A model generated the notes under the pieces. It was not told the origin of the DNA and ran no database searches. It worked only from the letters and a program-made list of their open reading frames with translations. From Sulfurospirillaceae bacterium (GTDB taxonomy: Bacteria > Campylobacterota > Campylobacteria > Campylobacterales > Sulfurospirillaceae), in contig JAWVXD010000014.1 in the NCBI GenBank assembly GCA_033723415.1, positions 1 through 20,770 of the forward strand: a stretch of DNA of 20,770 bases, in the 5' to 3' direction. The first letter of the stretch is position 1; each line of letters starts with the position of its first letter. Shown here piece after piece: positions 17,377 through 20,770 of the stretch. Both the position numbers and the translations under genes were made by a program.

Positions 17377-18351
17377 TTATTTTTGAGTTATATTAAAAGG
17401 CTTTTTATAATCTATATACAATACTGTAAAATATAGTAAAAAAATGCTAATTATAAAAGCAATAAAAAGATTTGCAATAAAATATACTAAAGAGAATAAA
17501 ATCAGATTAATAAAGACTGAGAAGATGACGACTTTGCTATGACTCCAGCCACTTTGGTTTAATCGTTGATAGGCATGTTTTCTGTGTGCTTGACTTAGTT
17601 TTTCACCGTTTTTGTATCTTCTATAAAGTGTTAATGTAGCATCAAACCAAAATAGACCAAAAAGGATAACCCATATCCAAAAATTTGAACTGCTTTGATT
17701 GGCATAAAATATCGTAAATATAGCTATATTATAGCCCAAAAGTGTACTACCGACATCACCCATAAATATCTTTGCCTTATGCCAATTCCAAACTAAAAAT
17801 CCTAAAATTGCCATGGCTAAAACTAAGAAATGACTCCCACCAAATAGGAAAAAGCCTGCAAATGTTAAGAACAGGGCTTCACTTCCCGCATAACCGTCTA
17901 TACCGTCTAAAAAATTATAGAGATTGATATACCATACGATCAACAAAAATGCAAACGTATTGGTGATGATTTGATTATGGATCGTAAAAACTCCAAGATT
18001 TAAGCTTTCAAATCCACCCAAAAAATAGAGTCCCAGCATCGCAACCAAGGCTTGGGCAAGAAGCCTGGGCTTTGCACTAAGATTAAAAAGATCATCCAAA
18101 TACGAAACCGCCGAGATGATCATACCGCTCATAAGTGCGTAAAAAAGTGTTGGTTCTATCTGTTTTGATATATAAAGATATACAAGTCCGCCAAACCAAG
18201 TAATTGCGATCGCGATTCCTCCGCCATGAGGAGTCGGTATGGTATGTGAACTGCGATCATTTGGTATGTCAAGAAGCGATTTTTTCATGGCATAGTTTTT
18301 TATGAGATACGTCAGTAAAAATGATGCTAACAATAAAACTAAATAGATCAC
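17377..18351 (-). CDS. MraY/WecA-family undecaprenyl-phosphate N-acetylhexosamine-1-phosphate transferase (WbpL/WbcO-like)
   Basis: Motifs DIPNDRSSHTIPTPHGGG, YLDD, NLYNFLDGIDG, KIFMGDVGS and AHRKHAYQRL in a polytopic protein. The GTG start overlaps the upstream TGA. Confidence 0.92.
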   Translation of the reverse strand: MIYLVLLLASFLLTYLIKNYAMKKSLLDIPNDRSSHTIPTPHGGGIAIAITWFGGLVYLYISKQIEPTLFYALMSGMIISAVSYLDDLFNLSAKPRLLAQALVAMLGLYFLGGFESLNLGVFTIHNQIITNTFAFLLIVWYINLYNFLDGIDGYAGSEALFLTFAGFFLFGGSHFLVLAMAILGFLVWNWHKAKIFMGDVGSTLLGYNIAIFTIFYANQSSSNFWIWVILFGLFWFDATLTLYRRYKNGEKLSQAHRKHAYQRLNQSGWSHSKVVIFSVFINLILFSLVYFIANLFIAFIISIFLLYFTVLYIDYKKPFNITQK

Positions 18352-19202
18352 TTTTTACTTCCTATCATCAAACTAATGCCCTCTTGCGTACTATAAGGGT
18401 TTTTCAGATCTAATTTTTCTTTAGTCAGCTTATTGTCAATTTCAAGGCTTCCGTAAAGTCTTTTGTGAAAGGACGGTTTTAACAGCTTCAATAAACTCTC
18501 AAAAAATGGAACCTTTATCAGGTATGTTTTTTTATCCAAATTCTTGGCTATTTGCCTGATAAACTCGGTCGTACTGATCGGTTTATCGTCACTTGCTAGA
18601 AAAATACCTCCTGTCCTTTGTTTGATAAGCTCATCGATCAAATGACACAGATTGCCGATATATGTCATACTTCGCCTATTTTGGATATCACCAAAAGGCA
18701 GAATCGGTACTTTTTTCACAAGATTGATCAGATTTTTTATATTGGCTTTGACTCCGTATCCATATATGATCGGTGTCCTGATGATACTCACAATAAAGCT
18801 TTCATCTTCAAGTTTTTGTAATTCCCTCTCAGCCTTTAATTTGCTTTTGCCGTATTCATCTTCAGGATTGCAGGGACTTTTTTCTGTATAGACATTATCC
18901 GTTTCTTCACCATAGACTTTCACGGTACTCATAAATACAAACTGTTTTACTCCGGCTTCTTTGGCTATTTTTGCCAACTCTGAGGTCTGAGTCACATTGA
19001 CTCTCTCGTATTCTTCGGCACTTGCTCCACCCATCTGATGTACAAGGGCTGAGAGATGGATCACGACATCCACATCTCTTATCTGCAGGTCATGAAGCGT
19101 GTCATGTAAAAAAGAAAACCTAACTATGTCGTATGTATCGCTATATTTATCGATAAAATAACTTCCTACAAAACCGTTGGAACCAGTGATCAGTAACTTC
19201 AT
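18348..19202 (-). CDS. NAD-dependent epimerase/dehydratase family protein (WbpV/WbpK-like UDP-sugar 4-reductase/epimerase)
   Basis: TGSNGFVG Rossmann motif, HLSALVH, MSTVKVYGE, YGKSK (YxxxK) and NRRSM. It lies directly upstream of the WbpL-like gene. Confidence 0.88.
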   Translation of the reverse strand: MKLLITGSNGFVGSYFIDKYSDTYDIVRFSFLHDTLHDLQIRDVDVVIHLSALVHQMGGASAEEYERVNVTQTSELAKIAKEAGVKQFVFMSTVKVYGEETDNVYTEKSPCNPEDEYGKSKLKAERELQKLEDESFIVSIIRTPIIYGYGVKANIKNLINLVKKVPILPFGDIQNRRSMTYIGNLCHLIDELIKQRTGGIFLASDDKPISTTEFIRQIAKNLDKKTYLIKVPFFESLLKLLKPSFHKRLYGSLEIDNKLTKEKLDLKNPYSTQEGISLMIGSKK

Positions 19203-20410
19203 TGATCTTCTTTTGTCAGTAAATTTAGCAAAGACGTGATGATATTGTCTTTGTCAAAAACTGTTTTTGTCAAATTTTCACAATTTTTTGTAAACTCTTT
19301 TATCTGCATTTCATCAGAATCTATAGCTTTCATAAAAACAGAGCTTATCTCTTCAATATCTTCGGGTTTGGCACAAAAACCTAGATTGTTATCTTTTATG
19401 ATATCTGCCGCTTCACCTTTTATAATACCCAATATCGGTTTATTTGCCGCTATGTAGGTTTGAGTCTTTGCCGGAACAGTCAGTGTAAATATCGGTTTAT
19501 CGATCAATGAAACGATCAAAAAATCACTTCCTCTAAAATATTTGTACATTTCATCTCTTGGTTTTTTACCCCAGAAAATTATATTTTTATATCTATTGTC
19601 TTTTACTAGCGTTTTGAGATATTCTAAGTTAGAACCGTCTCCTATGATATTTAATTGTGCTTTATCTAAATATTCCTCTTTAAGATTGCCAAATGCCGTG
19701 ATTATATTATCTAGATTTTGAACTTTCCCGATATTACCGGCGAATGTAAAATGAACTTTTTTCTCTGCTGAAAAGCTAAATGCCTCAAGATTCATATCGA
19801 ATGTGTCAGCCCAATTAGGAGCATATAAAATCTCTTTTCTTTCACTCAAATAGGGTTTGATCTTGGCTTCAAAACCTTTTGCAGAAATCGCAAAATTTGA
19901 AGTGTGCCTGTATACGAATTTTACAAAACCATTTAAACAGAACTCTAAAACCTTATTTCTTTTGAATCCATAAGCGTACACACTATCAGGCCAGACATCT
20001 TGTACCCAAAGAGTCACAGGTTTTTTGTAGAATTTCTTAAGCAATACTGCAGGGACCATGCAAGTCAGCGCAGCAATGTCAAAACCAAATACATGATCAT
20101 ACTTCTTGCCTATCCTGAGACTTGCGATACTTCCGAGGAACATAAAAGTAAAATATTTCAAAAGTTTCTTCACAAGACTTTCTCTATATCCGGTAACTGC
20201 TTTGACTCTGTAGATGTTGATCCCGTTGTAAATCTCTTTGCTATACCATTTATTTTCAAATCCAGGATAGATTTTACCTGCAGGATAAGTGGGATTTTGA
20301 GTCAATACATCGACTTCATATCCTTTATCCTTCCAGGCCAAAGCGATTTCATTGATCTTAAACTCTTCAGGATAAAAATACTCAGTGACGATCAGGATCT
20401 TTTGAGTCAT
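19199..20410 (-). CDS. Glycosyltransferase family 4 protein (WbuB/Cap5L-like)
   Basis: Motifs TEYFYPE, PTYPAG, WVQDVWPDS, FAGNIGKVQNL and TVPAKTQTYIAANKPI. Confidence 0.9.
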   Translation of the reverse strand: MTQKILIVTEYFYPEEFKINEIALAWKDKGYEVDVLTQNPTYPAGKIYPGFENKWYSKEIYNGINIYRVKAVTGYRESLVKKLLKYFTFMFLGSIASLRIGKKYDHVFGFDIAALTCMVPAVLLKKFYKKPVTLWVQDVWPDSVYAYGFKRNKVLEFCLNGFVKFVYRHTSNFAISAKGFEAKIKPYLSERKEILYAPNWADTFDMNLEAFSFSAEKKVHFTFAGNIGKVQNLDNIITAFGNLKEEYLDKAQLNIIGDGSNLEYLKTLVKDNRYKNIIFWGKKPRDEMYKYFRGSDFLIVSLIDKPIFTLTVPAKTQTYIAANKPILGIIKGEAADIIKDNNLGFCAKPEDIEEISSVFMKAIDSDEMQIKEFTKNCENLTKTVFDKDNIITSLLNLLTKEDQ

Positions 20411-20412
20411 AT

Positions 20413-20769
20413 CTATTTTCTAAAAGGTTTATTTTTATAACATTCATCACTCATCACATGATCATGCATGGCTTGGAGCATTGTGTTCCAATCTGGTGCT
20501 TTATATCCTGTTATTTTTTTAAACTTATCTGAATTTAATGACCTATCTAATGTAAAATTATCATCAGCATTGATTTTTATATCCTTTTTATATACCTTCT
20601 TCATGATATTTAACAAATCATATTTTGATATTGAATCACTTGATACATGGTAAAGTCCGCTTAGATTATGATTTTCTATAACATAATTTGAAATAATATT
20701 GACTATTTCTACAGTTGTAAAACCGCTATAAATAGCTTTTGTAAACCCGTTTATCTCATTTTCTTGACT
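20413..20769 (-). CDS. RmlD-like SDR reductase (dTDP-4-dehydrorhamnose reductase family, QnlA/WbvR-like), 5' part outside the window
   Basis: The frame is open to the window edge: SQENEINGFTKAIYSGFTTVE...LSGLYHVSSDSISKYDLL...DRSLNSDKFKKITGYKAPDW. The 67-aa ORF in the track is only the tail of this gene. Confidence 0.85.
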   Translation of the reverse strand, partial: SQENEINGFTKAIYSGFTTVEIVNIISNYVIENHNLSGLYHVSSDSISKYDLLNIMKKVYKKDIKINADDNFTLDRSLNSDKFKKITGYKAPDWNTMLQAMHDHVMSDECYKNKPFRK

Positions 20770-20770
20770 C

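Noticed and set aside
18618..20653. Plus-strand ORFs opposite the polysaccharide genes (also 987-1196 opposite the membrane gene)
   Set aside because: Antisense to well-supported genes, with no protein-like features.
1..20770. CRISPR array, transposase/integrase, tRNA, or a diversity-generating retroelement explaining the repeat pair
   Set aside because: I saw no spaced short repeats outside coding linkers, no recombinase or reverse transcriptase ORF, and no cloverleaf. Mismatches between the repeat copies are not adenine-specific and both copies are coding.

Overview
AT-rich bacterial chromosomal window, most likely Campylobacterota (Sulfurospirillum/Sulfurimonas-like; inferred from gene style and the HQWKQPL kinase H-box). 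Left, minus strand: a pabA/trpG-type glutamine amidotransferase, a GT-C-like membrane protein and a prepilin-type protein, followed by a probable rRNA-operon promoter/leader running off the window. Centre, plus strand, about 14.2 kb: a three-gene signalling cassette. It encodes a 2210-aa protein with 14 tandem PAS domains plus intact GGDEF and EAL domains, an OmpR-family response regulator, and a 2256-aa histidine kinase with an inverted layout (7TM - HisKA - HATPase, then 14 PAS domains and no output domain). The two PAS arrays are built from a shared set of PAS subtypes and share a 755-bp ungapped block (about 87% identical by hand count) whose ends fall on DITER-linker codons. Domain-sized GC shifts also suggest modular shuffling. 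Right, minus strand: a chemoreceptor (MCP) tail remnant and the distal end of a surface-polysaccharide cluster (RmlD-like reductase, WbuB-like GT4, epimerase/reductase, WbpL-like initiating transferase). Domain calls and counts are by eye; no database search was run.
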